From positions 163,308,001-163,372,000 of the forward strand of contig NC_086097.1 of NCBI RefSeq assembly GCF_963921235.1: 64,000 nucleotides of DNA, in the 5' to 3' direction. Of this stretch, positions 28,501 to 42,623 are shown piece by piece. Position numbers and translations under genes: made by a program. Numbering within the stretch: position 1 is the stretch's first letter; every line of letters starts with the position of its first letter. Under the pieces are notes generated by a model. It had not been told where the DNA came from, did no database searches, and saw only the letters and a program-made list of their open reading frames with translations. This stretch comes from Mobula hypostoma (Eukaryota).

Positions 28501-29574
28501 TCGGTTCTTTTTGTTTTAGATTTGCATTTGCAGTTCTTTGATTTTTTTCTTCCCTCTTGTATTCCTTAATTCTTGCTTATTCATACTTCTGCGTTCCATG
28601 ATTGAATAAATCTAGTCTGATTTATATTTTTGGATTTTTCCAGGAGTTTTTACCATTGTTTGGGGATTGCAACCTGTAATTCTACCTGTTTTTCACAAAG
28701 CCCATTAAACACTGCCTTTGCCCATTCTGTTACCACCCTGCACTTGTCTCTATAAAAGGGATAGTTATCTTGTGAATTCTGAGTGGCATCAGAAGGATGA
28801 TAATGAATCTTTTAACATTTTCTGACAGCACTCCAATTGCTCTAATGTCATTGTCTGCTCTGTCAAACGTGAATGCCCCAATGCCACTGAAAGCCATCCT
28901 TAGTGTGTGGCCCACAACTTACAATCAGTACATCCTCTGCCTTCAATGCCTCAGCATGGTTGTATTGTGGCAGAGAATGATGTCACGCTACAAACAAACT
29001 GACGCACAATAGCAGCTCAGCTAGATTACTAAGATGTTTATCAGTAAGGTTTTTAAAGTCTCTTTTCGGAAATTCTTTTCATATATTTCTCTGCCTTACA
29101 TCTGTTGTAGCAGCTTTTTTTCTGAATACCACCCAACTTGAAAGAAGCAAGGGGTTTTATTCAGTTCCAGTATTCCAACAGTTCCAAAGTATAGGGAAGT
29201 TTTGATCGGCAATAGCAAAAAAAAGTTTGGAATCATTTCTACAGATGGAAGTATATAGAAAAATGGAATTTCTTGTGCAAATGGCATTTGATATTCAGGA
29301 TATTAGGAATATGAAATTTGTCATTAACAGCAGGCTAATATTTTTCTAAAAATGATAGGGTGCATTTTGCAAGGAACAGGTCACATCTCCATTGCTGCTT
29401 GTAGGTTGCCACCACAAGCTTTTGGTATGGACTGTGACATCTGTGATAACAGGCAGCTCAGTGTAAGGACTCCAGGTGGATTCAGTAGGAATAGAGGGGG
29501 ATGAAATCTGCAATGGCTTAAGTGCGAAGGGAAGAATCTGAATTTAAGGAATTTTTGGACTGTCAGTCAATGAG

Positions 29575-32500
29575 TTCAAAGTGCAGGGGGCAGGCCTTCA
29601 GATTCTTGGAACATTGGGATCTCTTCTGGGGGAAGTATGACCTTTTCAAAATGGACAGGTTACACCTGAACCAGAAGGGGACCAGTATCCTGGCAGGAAG
29701 GTTTAATAGAGCTGTTAGGGAGGGTTTAAACTAATTTGGCAGGGGGATGGGAACTGGAATGATAGAGGGGAGGGAGGGGAAAACAGAAATAAATCTAAGA
29801 TAGTGAGCAGTAAAGATGTCAGGAAAGGCAGGCAGGTGATGGGGCAAACTTGTAGCCATTGGGATGAGTTGCGGTGCAATAAAGTTGCAGTGCAATCAAA
29901 GCGAAAAGTACCAAATACTGGCCTTAAGGTGTTATACTTAAATGCACGCAGCATATGGAATAAGGTGGATGATCTTGTCGTACAGCTACAGATTGGCAGG
30001 TATGATATTGTGGCCATCACTGAGACGTGGCTAAAGGATGCATGTCTCTGGGAGATGAACGTCCAAGGATACACGGTGTATGAGAAGGATAGGAAGGTAG
30101 GCAGAGGGGGAGGCGTGGCTTTATTGGTAAGAAATGATATCAAATCATTAGAAAGAGGTGACATAGGATCGGGAAGTGCAGAATCTTTATGGGTTGAGCT
30201 AAGAAACCGCAGGGGTAAAAGGACCATGATGGCAGTTATACACAGGCCTCCAAACAGCTGCAGTGATGTGGACTACAAATTACAACAGGAAATAGAAAAG
30301 GCTTGTCAGAAGGGCAGTATTATGATAATTGTGGGGTATTTTAACATGAGAGTGGATTGTGAAAATCAGGTCAGCACTGGATCTCAACAGAGAGAATTTG
30401 TAGAATGTCTGTGAGAAGGCTTTTTAGAACAGCTTGTTGTTAAGCCCACTAGGGAATCAGCTGTACTGGATTGGGTATTGTGTAATGAACCAGAGGTGAT
30501 TAGAGAGATTGAGGTGAAGGAACCCTTAGGAGACAGTGATCATAACATGCTTGAGTTCACTGTGAAATTTGAAAAAGAAAAGCCGAAATCCAATGTGGCG
30601 GATTTCAGTGGAGTAAAGGAAATTACAGTGGCATGAGAGAGGAACTGGCCAAAGTCGACTGGAAAGGGACACTGGCGGGAAGGACAACAGAGCAGCAGTG
30701 GCTGGAGTTTATACGAGAAGTGAGGAAGGTGCAGGACAGGTATATTCCAAATAAGAAGATATTTTCGAATGGAAAAAGGATGTAACCGTGGCTGAGAAGA
30801 GAAGTCAAAGCCAAAGTTAAAGCAAAGGAGAGGGCATACAAGGAAGCAAAAATTAGTGGGAAGTCAGAGGATTGGGAAGTTTTTAAAAGCTTACTCAAGG
30901 AAACTAAGAAGGTCATTAAGAGGGAAAAAATGAACTATGAAAGGAAGCTAACAAATAATATCAAAGAGGATACTAAAAGCCTTTTCAAGTATATAAAGAG
31001 TAAAAGACAGGTGAGAGTAGATATAGGACCGATAGAAAATGATGCTGGAGAAATTGTAATGGGAGATAAGGAGATGGCGGAGGAACTGAACGAGTATTTT
31101 GCATCAGTCTTCACTGAGGAAGACATCAGCAGTATACCGGACACTCAAGGGTGGCAGGGAAGAGAAGTGTGCGCAGTCACAATTATGACAGAGAAAGTAC
31201 TCAGGAAGCTGAATAGTCTAAAGGTAGATAAATCTCCCGGACCAGATGGAATGCACCCTCGTGTTCTGAAGGAAGTAGCTATAGAGTTTGCGGAGGCATT
31301 AGCGATGATCTTTCAAAAGTCAATAGATTCTGGCATGGTTTCGGAGGACTGGAAGATTGCAAATGTCACTCCGCTATTTAAGAAGGGGGCAAGGAAGCAA
31401 AAAGGAAATTATAGACCTGTTGGCTTGACATCGGTGGTTGGGAAGTTGTTGAGTTGATTGTCAAGGATGAGGTTACTGTGTACCTGGAGGCATATGACAA
31501 GATAGGCAGAACTCAGCATGGATTCCTTAAAGGAAAATCCTGCCTGACAAACCTATTACAATCTTTTGAGGAAATTACAAGTAGGCTAGACAAGGGAGAT
31601 GCAGTGGATGTTGTATATTTGGATTTTCAGAAGGCCTTTGACAAGGTGCCACACATGAGGCTACTTAACAAGATAAGAGCCCATGGAATTACGGGAAAGT
31701 TACATACATGGATAGGGTGTTGGCTGATTGGCAGGAAACAGAGTGGGAATAAAGGGATCCTATTCTGGTTGGCTGTCGGTTACCAGTGGTGTTCCACAAG
31801 GGTCCGTGTTGGGGCCGCTTCTTTTTACATTGTACGTCAACGATTTGGATTATGGAATAGATAGCTTTGTGGCTAAGTTTGCTGATGATACAAAGATAGG
31901 TGGAGGGGCCAGTAGTGCTGAGGAAACAGAGTCTGCAGAGAGACTTGGATAGATTGGAAGAATGGGCAAAGAAGTGGCAAATGAAATATAATATTGGAAA
32001 GTGTATGGTTATGCACTTTGGCAGAAGAAATAAACAGGCAGACTACTATTTAAATGGGGAGAGAATTCAAAGTTCTGAGATGCAACGGGACTTGGGAGTC
32101 CTCGTGCAGGATACCCTTAAGGTTAACCTCCAGGTTGAGTTGGTGGTGAAGAAGGCGAATGCAATGTTGGCATTCATTTCTAGAGGAATAGAGTATAGGA
32201 GCAGGGATGTGATGTTGAGGCTCTATAAGGCACTGGTGAGACCTCACTTGGGATACTGTGGGCAGTTTTGGTCTCCTTATTTAAGAAAGGATGTGCTGAC
32301 GTTGGAGAAGGTACAGAGAAGATTCACTAGAATGATTCCAGGAATGAGAGGGTTAACATATGAGGAACATTTGTCCGCTCTTGGACTGTATTCCTTGGAG
32401 TTCAGAAGAATGAGGGGGGACCTCATAGAAACATTTCGAATGTTGAAAGGTATGGATAGAGTGGATGTGGCAAAGTTGTTTCCCATGATGGGGGAGTCTA

Positions 32501-32812
32501 GTACGAGAGGGCATGACTTAAGGATTGAAGGGCGCCCATTCAGAACAGAGATGCAAAGAAATTTTTTTAGCCAGAGGGTGGTGAATCTATGGAATTTGTT
32601 GCCACGGGCGGCAGTGGAGACCAAGTCATTGGGTGTATTTAAGGCAGAGATTGATAGGTATCTGAGTAGCCAGGGCATCAAAGGTTATGGTGAGAAGGCG
32701 GGGGAGTGGGACTAAGTGGGAGAATGAATCAGCTCATGATGAAATGGCAGAGCAGACTCGATGGGCCGAATGGCTGACTTCTCCTTTGTCTTATGGTCTT
32801 ATGGTCTTACGG
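29575..32812 (+). mobile_element. CR1-clade LINE (HER1-like), 5'-truncated within ORF1, near-complete ORF2 with frameshifts and stops
   Basis: ORF1 esterase tail (DRLHLNQKGTSILAGRF). APE motifs YLNARS and AITETW. RT motifs NYRPV, QHGF, LDFQKAFD, VPQGS and FADD. 3' tail (TCTTATGG)n at 32789-32812. Confidence 0.95.
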
Positions 32813-34675
32813 AAAGGTGATGGAATGGGATTGGTGATATTTAGGGTCCTGGTAGCTGGATATTGAATGAACTTTGTTTAAATTGGGAGAAAGATAGTAA
32901 CTAGCAGGAGACCTTCAAATTAATTGAAGAGGGAGTCACAAGGCCCCAAAAGGAAGTTTTAAAGTAATGGGCTGAGTAAGCATGATGTTATGGTGATCTT
33001 TGCAATGATGAAATTGTAAGAGCAGAAGTTCATCCCCAGGTCATACCTGAATTAGACAAAGTTTGGTTTGGTTTACAACAACAAGGTTGAGAATGGACAC
33101 TAGTGAAGACAGGTGAAGAAAAATTATACCTTAAAAAAGAGGGGATAAAATAAAGGAATGGGATAAATAATTGAAACAGAATTTAAGTTTGCAAGGAAGT
33201 AACAGCTAAGTAGCATGGGAACAATTTTCTGATGTACTAAACTTCATAGAACCCCTTTGAGGAACTTTGTGACAGATTAAGAAGTCTGAAGTAGCCCATG
33301 CACTGTGCACCATGGTTCAAGCATTTGTAAAGCATAATGATGTGCTGGAAAGAGAATTACTGCTGAAACATGAAAAGTTGAGATGCTAACACAAGAGCTG
33401 GAAAAGGATCACCACAAGCTGACTGGCTATAAATAAAAAAAATAATAGCATGCTGTATTGAAATTTGACAAGGTATCTGTTCTCAGTCTAGAGTCTCAGG
33501 ACCCTAGTAAAAAGTGATTTTATTGCAACGGGAAAAAAATCTTACTGGCTTATGACAAGATAGATGCAGGGAAAATGTTTCTCCTGGTTGGACGAATAGA
33601 ATGAGGGATGACTGGACAAAAAAGAGATGACATTTCTTCACCTAGAATTTAGTGAATCTTTGGAATTTACTGCCCAAGCTTGGTCATATTCAGGATAGAA
33701 CTAGGTCAAATTTTAGGTATTAGTGGAATCAAGGGAGCTATTCCAAGAACATGGTGCTAAGGTAAAAGTTCAATTTTAATTGTCATTCAACCATACATGA
33801 ATACCCATGAATACAGCCAACCAAAACAGTGTTTATCTGGCACTAAGGTGCAAAACACAGAACCAACAGTCATACACACCACAAGGAACATATAGCACAT
33901 ATAATTACAGTGGCAGTAAACATGAGGTCACACAAACACAAAGGAAATATAGCCCAAGTCCCTGAGTGTCATGTGCTGTAGACAGATGGTGCATGGGATG
34001 TTGTCAGTAAGAACAAGACTGTAGCAATCATCATGTGTAGTGCAGCCGCAGCGAGCGAACACTGGAGAGCAGCACCGATAAGTGGGGCTGTGCTACATTG
34101 CCTCTGGTATCTATTCCCCAGGCAGCTACAACAAGCGACCCTGGGATGTGAGGGCATGGACCATCCTATCAACATGCTCTTTTTGAATAATGACACAGAT
34201 ATGAAGATTTACTCATATTTAGTTCTTTGCATTCTTATGGCCTGGTGTTTATCTTAGGAGCTACAAGTGAAGTTGTAGGTGATATTTCGAAGTCTGTGTA
34301 TTTTAAATTCAAAAATGATACCTTTGTAATGGTATTTTGAACCAGCAGCTTAAATGAAACTTTTTTTCCTTTATAACCAAAGCACATTAAGAGGATTCTT
34401 AAATGAACCATGGGGTAAAACAACCAATATAACATCTCTTACAATGAAAATGAATGAAATGTAAAAATCCAACTGATGCAATATCACAATATTGACACGA
34501 ATTAGAATTAGCCCATTTTCTTGTTCTATTGAACTGACTAGTGATCTCAACTCTTCACCAATAACGTCATTTTAGTTCGCTAATTAATTAGAAAATTAAC
34601 ATAAAGTTGATACATAGATAAAAGGGTATTGTAGCTTTATATGATGATTTGACATTGGATATTATAGCTTGTAGT

Positions 34676-35020
34676 CAATGTTCCCTCTAAGGTGTGCGTA
34701 TGTGTGCACGCACACATATTTTGCTACTAGCGCACAAAGGAATTTAAACTGCGCACGAAAGGTTGCCACTCTCTACCACATTGGCATGTTAAGTACATTT
34801 CACAATCATACATACTCACATTTCCTTTTCCATTTTCTGATCTGGATGGGGTTGACAATGTGGAGTTTGCAATGATTTGTCTGCTGATTTTAGAACTGGC
34901 TTATTTATACTGTTTTGTTGAAGAAATTATTCAGTGTGTACATGTTGTTGTCACTGACAAAAAATTGCACAGCACAAGATTTTTGTGCACACTGGACATT
35001 ACAAATTAGAGGGAACAATG
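34676..35020. mobile_element. hAT-type MITE (345 bp)
   Basis: 15-bp TIRs CAATGTTCCCTCTAA / TTAGAGGGAACAATG. 8-bp TSD CTTGTAGT / CTTGCAGT. Confidence 0.88.
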
Positions 35021-36360
35021 CTTGCAGTAAATCTCCCTCACCATGTTTTGGTGAACTGGTTTTCAATTCTATTTAACACAATAATGCATGCAGCTCTTAC
35101 ACTGCTAGGTATTTCTATTTAGTGCATTCAAACTCTAATATATTAGGAAAATCTCCAGAGTCTTTCAAAGCTTAGGAGGGTGTTTTCTCATCTAAATGAT
35201 TAAATGCAATGTTTATGTTACAAAAAATTCATTTGGGGAGAATGGTGTTTGTGAGGAAACTGAACTGAAAGGCAATATATATAGCAATCTCCACAGCAAA
35301 TACATCTTTCTATTTCAAAGATGTATAAAATCCATCAGCGATTGCATTTAATCCTTGGCTATAATTTTTTGTGTGTGTACAAGATTGGGTATTAGAGATC
35401 ACCAAAGCAAATAATGAAGGCATATGTTTACTTATAATTATTCTCCACCTTGGGAGGTGGATTAAATGGGAACAGTTTGGATGTTGTCAAGTTCCTAACA
35501 GTTGCTTTCATGCCTGAATTTATCTCTAGGCTCTTAGAGGATTATTTAGCTGTTTGAATGGGCAGGTCTTTGCGGCTAATAGAACTGGGGCAGTTCTGTT
35601 AAACTATTGGTTGATTTGTACCGTCTTAAGTCACTTGAGGAGATAAAACATCAAACAGCTAAATCCTTCCAGCCTACATCGCTGCTGAGGGACATGCATA
35701 AAAACTGGGAGATAAATAATTCAGAGCTGTAAGGATGTGACAAGTATCTGACAGTGTAGTCCACAGAGGAATAAATAATAAAATTTGGCCTTTGGTCGGG
35801 GGTAGGGGTGGGGGGAGAGATCACGGTATACATAGAACCATATCCTCCAGGGATTACACTAAAATCATAACAATTTCTTTTACATGAGAGTTATGGCGAC
35901 ATGCAAAGAAAGGTGATAAATTTACTGGATACTGATTCTGATCATATTAATATGTTACCTTCAACATTTGATTTTTTTTGCTAACCTGGCCCCGCCCCCA
36001 TCTTTCCTGTGTGCTTACTGGGCTGGTTTAAATTTGTATCTGGAGGAGTGCGTTAATTCTATGCACATTGTGTATGTACAGTGTAAGAACAACTGATTAT
36101 GACCTTAATGTGCTTATTGAGATGGTGGGCAAGGGTTGGGATAATCCCTTTTTACTCAGCAACCACACTTCAATGCCATAATGTGTTAATTGATTAATAG
36201 TTTATGGCTGGGACCAAATCCCTTTTCAGCTGAAAATCTCCACATCTGACATATCCTTCCACTAACTCCTATTACATTTTCCAGATACTGTCTTGGCTAT
36301 ACTAATGTATATGCTGAGGGTCTGAATACTGAACCCCTCCCTTGTTGCCCTTCCCACTGA

Positions 36361-37412
36361 GGCTACATCCACACTACGCCGGATAATTTCGAAAACGCCG
36401 GTTTTGAGTAAAAACAACAGGTGTCCACACTAAGCGTTTTTCAAAATATCTCTGTCCACATTCGATGGATATTTGGGGGAATCTCCTCTACTGGGCATGC
36501 GCAGGACACACAGAAAACAAGCGAAGAGGAAACGGTATACTTAGTGCGCATTTGTCCAGTTATGGAGTAGAAAAACTGTAAAGGAATTGCTCTTGGCTCT
36601 TGCGCAGGAGGACTTAAAACTAAAAAAAGACAAATACTGGAGCGTATGGAGGCAACTGACAGGGAGTTCACGGACAGTATGACCCGGCTGACGACCAACA
36701 TTGAAAAACTGACTAACTCTGTTGCATCAATAAAGCACCTTGTTAAATGTATAAAACATGTCTGCATCAGTGTTATCTTGTATTTCCATACAATGTTACA
36801 TTAGGCTGTTACACATCTATTGTCAGAGAAGCACTTGCATAAATAGGTAAACCACCTTCATACAAGAAAGGACAGGAAGCAGGGCAAAGTGAGTATACTT
36901 ATTTATTCAGTAAGCTATGGGTCAAAGTATTTGGTGTATACATTTCTAACTCTACTGGCTTCAGTCTTGTTGCCGTCTGTTCTGAAATTGTTAGGTTATG
37001 TGGGGGTTGCGTACAAGAAAACAACGAAATGCCGCGCTGTGGCCATCTGTTCCGGCACGTCATGACAGCATTTTTAAATAGTCAAAAAAGCTCACTTTAC
37101 AATTTAACTCTCACGCCGTTCACACCGACTGTGTGTTATAACAGCCGTACGGCAGTGCTTGCGCTGTACCAAGCAGAAGCAGAAAAAGCATCGTTGTTGT
37201 GGTGTTGTCATGACAGCATTTTTAAATCTCTCCATTTACCCTGTACACACTACAACGGATATTAGGCGTTTTCAGATTTATTCACTCTGGAGACCATTTC
37301 TGAAAATCTCCGTTTTCGGGGGATGAAAACGCTGCTTTAGTGTGGACAGAGGGTCAAAACGAAGAGAAAAAGCTTTGTTTTCAAAATTATCTGGCGTAGT
37401 GTGGACGTAGCC
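36361..37412 (+). mobile_element. Non-autonomous PIF/Harbinger DNA transposon (copy 1)
   Basis: ~36-bp TIRs GGCTACATCCACACTACGCCGGATAATTTCGAAAAC / GTTTTCAAAATTATCTGGCGTAGTGTGGACGTAGCC. 3-bp TSD TGA. Confidence 0.9.
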
Positions 37413-37929
37413 TGAATTGGTTCTTGTAGATCTCTTCTCTAACCTTACACACGAGAAATCCATAACAATGGATCCAGTGATGGAGGAATTCAGCAGGTCA
37501 GGCAGCATCAATTGAAAAGAATAAGCAGTTGATGTTTTGGCCCAACACAATTCCTGATGATGGGTTTTGGCCTAAAATGTCCACTATTTATTTATTTCCA
37601 TAGATGCTGCCTGACGTGCTGAGTTTCTCCACCACTTTGTGTGTATTCTCTTCCCTAACCTTGCCTTCATCATGTGAGAGGGATCAGTCAGTGGACTGAT
37701 TGAGATTGTAGCCATCAATGTGTGTGAAAAGCCAGAACACAGTCTGAACTTGTTTATTAACAAGAAAGATCTGCTCTGTATAAAGTAAAATTGAAGCCTC
37801 TCTAAATTGAACTAATTCTGTGTTGACCACATCACCACAGATTTCAGGTGTATAATTAAATGATGGCATCTCTTCATTTTCACTGTCATTTTTCTTTCTC
37901 CACTGTCAAGAAGGATTCCACATTTTAGC

Positions 37930-38230
37930 TACAGTGGTTAATTTTTTTGGACAATTAATTCAGAGGCTTGGACTAACGGTCTGGAGACCTGAGTTCAGAT
38001 CTCACCAAGCTAGCTGTAGAATTTAAATCTTGTTAATAATTTGAAGGAAACAACAATTAGACCTTAGTAATGATACCCACCTAGTTAACTAATGTTCTTC
38101 AGGGAAGGAAATCTGTCATCCTTGTACAGTATGGTTCACGTGTGATCCCAGACACATTTTGAGCTGATTCAACATCCCTTTGAGGTTACTAGCAGGCAAC
38201 TCTGCTGTGTCATTGCAGATAACGGTAAGA
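37930..38230 (+). mobile_element. Old tRNA-derived SINE (second family)
   Basis: B-box-like GAGTTCAGATC and central CTAATGTTCTTCAGGGAAGGAAATCTG motif typical of chondrichthyan SINEs. Highly diverged. Confidence 0.5.
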
Positions 38231-38345
38231 ATGAAAACAGACAGACCACTGGCCATTGACCTGGCCAACAAACTCAGACATGGCAAAGTTGCGCGCAGGC
38301 CAGTTCACCTTGCAAAGCCCATCAGCAGCAGATGAATGTGCACCA

Positions 38346-39140
38346 CCCCACTCCAATCATGCTGCCAGAGCCTGTCAATCCCCTTCCCCCACCCCAATCA
38401 TGCTGCCAGAGCCTGTCAATCCCCTTCCCCCACCCCAATCAATACTGCCAGAGCCTGTCAATCCCCTTCCCCCACCCCAATCAATGCTGCCAGAGCCTGT
38501 CAATCACCTCCCCCCACCCCAATCAATGCTGCCAGAGCCTGTCAATCCCCTCCCCCCACCCCAATCATGCTGCCAGAGCCTGTCAATCCCCTTCCCCCAC
38601 CCCAATCAATACTGCCAGAGCCTGTCAATCCCCTTCCCCCACCCCAATCAATACTGCCAGAGCCTGTCAATCCCCTTCCCCCACCCCAATCAATATTGCC
38701 AGAGCCTGTCAATCCCCTTCCCCCACCCCAATCAATACTGCCAGAGCCTGTCAATCCCCTTCCCCCACCCCAATCAATACTGCCAGAGCCTGTCAATCCC
38801 CTTCCCCCACCCCAATCAATATTGCCAGAGCCTGTCAATCCCCTTCCCCCACCCCAATCAATACTGCCAGATCCTGTCAATCCCCTTCCCCCACCTCAAT
38901 CAATACTGCCAGAGCCTGTCAATCCCCTTCCCCCACCCCAATCAATGCTGCCAGAGCCTGTCAATCCCCTCCCCCCACCCCAATCAATACTGCCAGAGCC
39001 TGTCAATCCCCTTCCCCCACCCCAATCAATACTGCCAGAGCCTGTCAATCCCCTTCCCCCACCCCAATCAATGCTGCCAGAGCCTGTCAATCCCCTCCCC
39101 CCACCCCAATCAATACTGCCAGAGCCTGTCAATCCCCTTC
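38346..39140. repeat. 41/42-bp C-rich minisatellite, ~19 copies
   Basis: Unit CCCCACCCCAATCAATACTGCCAGAGCCTGTCAATCCCCTTC with minor variants. Confidence 0.97.
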
Positions 39141-40679
39141 TTTACCACAAACATCCACTGTACAGAAAGGCATGCTGGGAACAGCATCAGGTAACAAAGA
39201 TGTCAGATGGCTGTAGCAGTGAGTCTGGATAAGCATGTAGTTGAAGAATTAGAAGAATTTTACTTCCTCTCTTCGGGAACTCTGTAAGACACTTTCCCAC
39301 TGCTTCCCCTCTGTGATCCCTGCTGCTCTCCAACTATTGGTACTCACCCAGAATCGGTTTTACAACTATGTCTCCTTCCTGGGTACTGTCTCTCCCCTCC
39401 CACTTCCCTCCCTTTGTTCCATCTTGCACCCTTATCTCATATTAGACTCCATCATCTTCAGCCCTTTGTCACTTCTACCTGTCCTAGCTTCTGATGCCCT
39501 TTCCCACTCTCCCCTCCCCACTCTGCCCATCACACCCTCACCTCACCTGGATCCACCTGTCACCTGCCGGCTCTTTCAACATCTCCTCCCTCTATATTTT
39601 TATACTGACTACACTCCCTCTATCGGTTAGTCCAGATGAAGGGTCTCAGCCTGGAATACTTCCCTGTACAGATGCTGCCTAATCTGCTGAATTCCTCCAA
39701 CATTTTGTGTGTTGCCACCTGAGAATGGGATCATAGCCTAGTAAAACTATTACATAGCTATTGCACGTTACAGGAACAATATCAGAACTATTGTACAGAT
39801 GCAAGTTCTAGTTGTGAATGGTGTTGGACAATTAATTAGCTCACCAGAAGTGAGAGCTTGGAACAGCTCACTGGCTGTTCTCAGAACATCTCTAACCTCA
39901 CTAATGGGGGAGTCTTGCATGTGAGTCCTCAGGTGGAGGCTGAGATATTTTAACTGAATTCAGCCAGATGGACCAAATACACCATTAGTCTTGACATCTT
40001 CCTGATATTCTCATTACAGAAAACGCAGTCTCTCTCTCTATCCACACACTGTATACACAGTTCAGCCATAGCCCCCTCCCTCCACCCACCAGTCTGTGTG
40101 ATGTATTGCATTTGCTGACCATGAAGTTCTGAACTCATAGGCTTTAAGTCCTATTGGATATAAATTGCCATGAATATTCTTATTAAAGGGAGATTATACT
40201 GTAACTACCCAATCTTCAAAAACTAGTTTTCTTCCCTGTTTATTCTCTCCTGCGAGTTTAGCTGCCAATACCTACTATTTGAGTAGTGGGTCCCCTCTCC
40301 CTACCAAGGAGAAGATAATTCCAGCTAACAAAGTTTAAAACACAATTCATTCACGTTTGAATCCATACATTGTCTTATACTCTACTCTTGAGCGATAATA
40401 AAGCAGGTGCAGCAACTCTTCTTTACAGACAGTGTGTCTCATCTTCAAAATACAGAGCTTCTTTGCAAAGCTGGCCTTTAAACAATACTTGTTTTGACCT
40501 CAGGCTGATTAATGCTTGCCATTTACATTTCAAGAACTGAAGTCTGACTTCTATTTATGACCAGAGTTAAGCAAACTGTTAGTTGGAAGTTTACTTACAA
40601 TGGTTTCATCTTACAAAATGTTCTGTTTAGAAAGCAAGATTAGCAAAAATATAAGGAGTGGACATCAATCACGTCTGCT

Positions 40680-41602
40680 TCTGGTTCCAGCTGCCATTCA
40701 CCTCTGCTCTCTTCCTATTCTCATCTCCTTATCAGATTCCAGATCTGGCAACCCTTTGGGTTACAGATTATCTTCTTCCAGCTGCTGTCTCAAATCTTCA
40801 CATTCCTCCCCCACCCTCCTTGCTCCAGCTGTTTTCTTTCCTTCTTCCTCTCTCCTTTTCTGCCTCCGTTTATCATTCACTTGCCACCATGCCCTGATGC
40901 CACCTCTGCCCTCCCCCCTTCCTGGCACCACCTCCTGTCACCTTCTATCCTTCCTCAATCACCTTGGTCTCCTGCCTCCCCTTCCCTTCTTTATACTGGA
41001 TGTCATGCCTCTCCACTCTCAGTGCTGATGCAGGGTTTTGACTGGTAGTGTTGACAATTCCTCCCCCCCACAGATGCTGCTCATCCTGCAGTAGACGGTT
41101 GTTCTGGATTCTGGATTCCACCCTCTGCAGTCTCTTGTGTCTCCGGTCTCTACCCGAGTGGATTTACTCCACATTTATCAAGAAGTGAATAACACAGACT
41201 GGAAAAGCTGAATCTCTGTTGAGTTGAGATAATTGTGCTCCCCTTCTGCTTCTTCTCTTCTTCTCATCTGCCTATCACCTACCTCTGGTGCCCCTCCCCT
41301 TCCCTTTCTGCCATGGTCTACTCTCCTCTCCTATCAGATTCCTCCTTCTTCAGCTCTCTGTTTTTTCCACCATGGCCAGCTTCTCACTTCATACATCTTC
41401 TCCAGCCACCTACTTTCCTCCTCACCTGGTTTCACCTATCACCTTCTGGCTTGTACTCCTACCCCTTCCCCACCTTCTTATTCTGACTTCTTCCTATTTT
41501 CTTTCCAATCCTGATGAAGGATCTTGGCATGATACGTCAGCTCTTTATTCCTCGCCATCGATGCTGCCTGACCTGCTGAGCTTCTCCAGCATTTTGTGTA
41601 TG
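40680..41602 (+). mobile_element. Two Penelope-type pseudo-LTR / 3' fragments
   Basis: Pyrimidine-rich tracts ending CTGATGAAGG...GATGCTGCCTGACCTGCTGAG, the same motif as at 59170-59250 (minus). Further copies at 39370-39715, 37480-37645, 28340-28520, 49050-49325, 51265-51405 and 58725-58805. Confidence 0.65.
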
Positions 41603-41619
41603 TTTCCAGTTGTATATGT

Positions 41620-42116
41620 GTACATAATAGAGCGGCCACTGAGTGTATGTTCATGGTCTTCTGCTGCTGTAGTCCATCCACTTAAAGGTTTGACGTGTTT
41701 TGCATTCTGAGATGTTCTTCTGCACACCAATGTTACAATGCGTGGTTACTCGAGTTACTATCACCTTCCTGTCATCTTGAACCAATTTGGCCATTCTCCT
41801 CTGACCCCTCTCATTAACTAGGTGCTTTCACTGGAAGTTTTTGATTTTTGCGCCATTCTCTGTAAACTCTAGAGACTATTGTATGTGAAAATTCCCAGGA
41901 GATAGCAGTTTCCGAGATATTCAAACCACACCACCTGGTACCAACGATCATTCTAAGGTCAAAGTCACTTAGATCACATTTCTTCCCTATTCTGATGTTT
42001 GGTCTGAATAACACCTGAATCTCATGATCACGTCTACATGCTTTTATGCAATGAGTTGCTGCCAGGTGATTGGCTGATTAGATCTTTGCATTAATGAGCA
42101 GGTGTACTGAGTGTAT
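41620..42116 (-). mobile_element. Tc1-like non-autonomous element remnant
   Basis: Transposase N-terminal HTH remnant GKKCDLSDFDLRMIVG...ISETA...VSRVYREW (ORF 41814-42014), terminal motif GGCCACTGAGTGTA. Confidence 0.8.
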
Positions 42117-42623
42117 GTGGAAGTTGTTGCAGAGTCCAGTGAATTGAACATTTGAAGAGGCTTGTGGTGCCATTGGCAATAGAATTGGAACTGGAATTTA
42201 TTATTGTCACACATACCAAAGTACAGTGAAAAACTTGTTTTGTATGGCATCCATGCAGAGCACTTCATTACAACGGTCTATTGAGGTTGCACAAGAAAAA
42301 GCTAGTGGGCAACCCAGTAGTGTAACACTTATTTATTTAGAGATACAGGCCCTTCCAGCCCATCGAGCAGTGCCGCCCACAACCCACCGATTAACCTTCG
42401 TCTAATCACAGGACAACTTACAGGAACCAATTCAGCTACTAACCGATATGTTTTTGGACTGTGGGAGGAAACAAGAACACCTGCCAGGAACCTGGACTGT
42501 CATGTGACCGGCAACAATGAATATAGAATTGAGCCAGGTTTTATAAACAAACGAACATTTATTAAACTCTGCTCAATAATAAAAAAAAACAAAAATCTTA
42601 ACCGGAAGTAAACTGCTATGCGG

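Noticed and set aside
38256-39232. Three overlapping ~300-aa Pro-rich ORFs, and a possible CRISPR-like reading of the array
   Set aside because: By-products of a stop-free 42-bp minisatellite. There are no unique spacers, no cas genes, and the context is eukaryotic.
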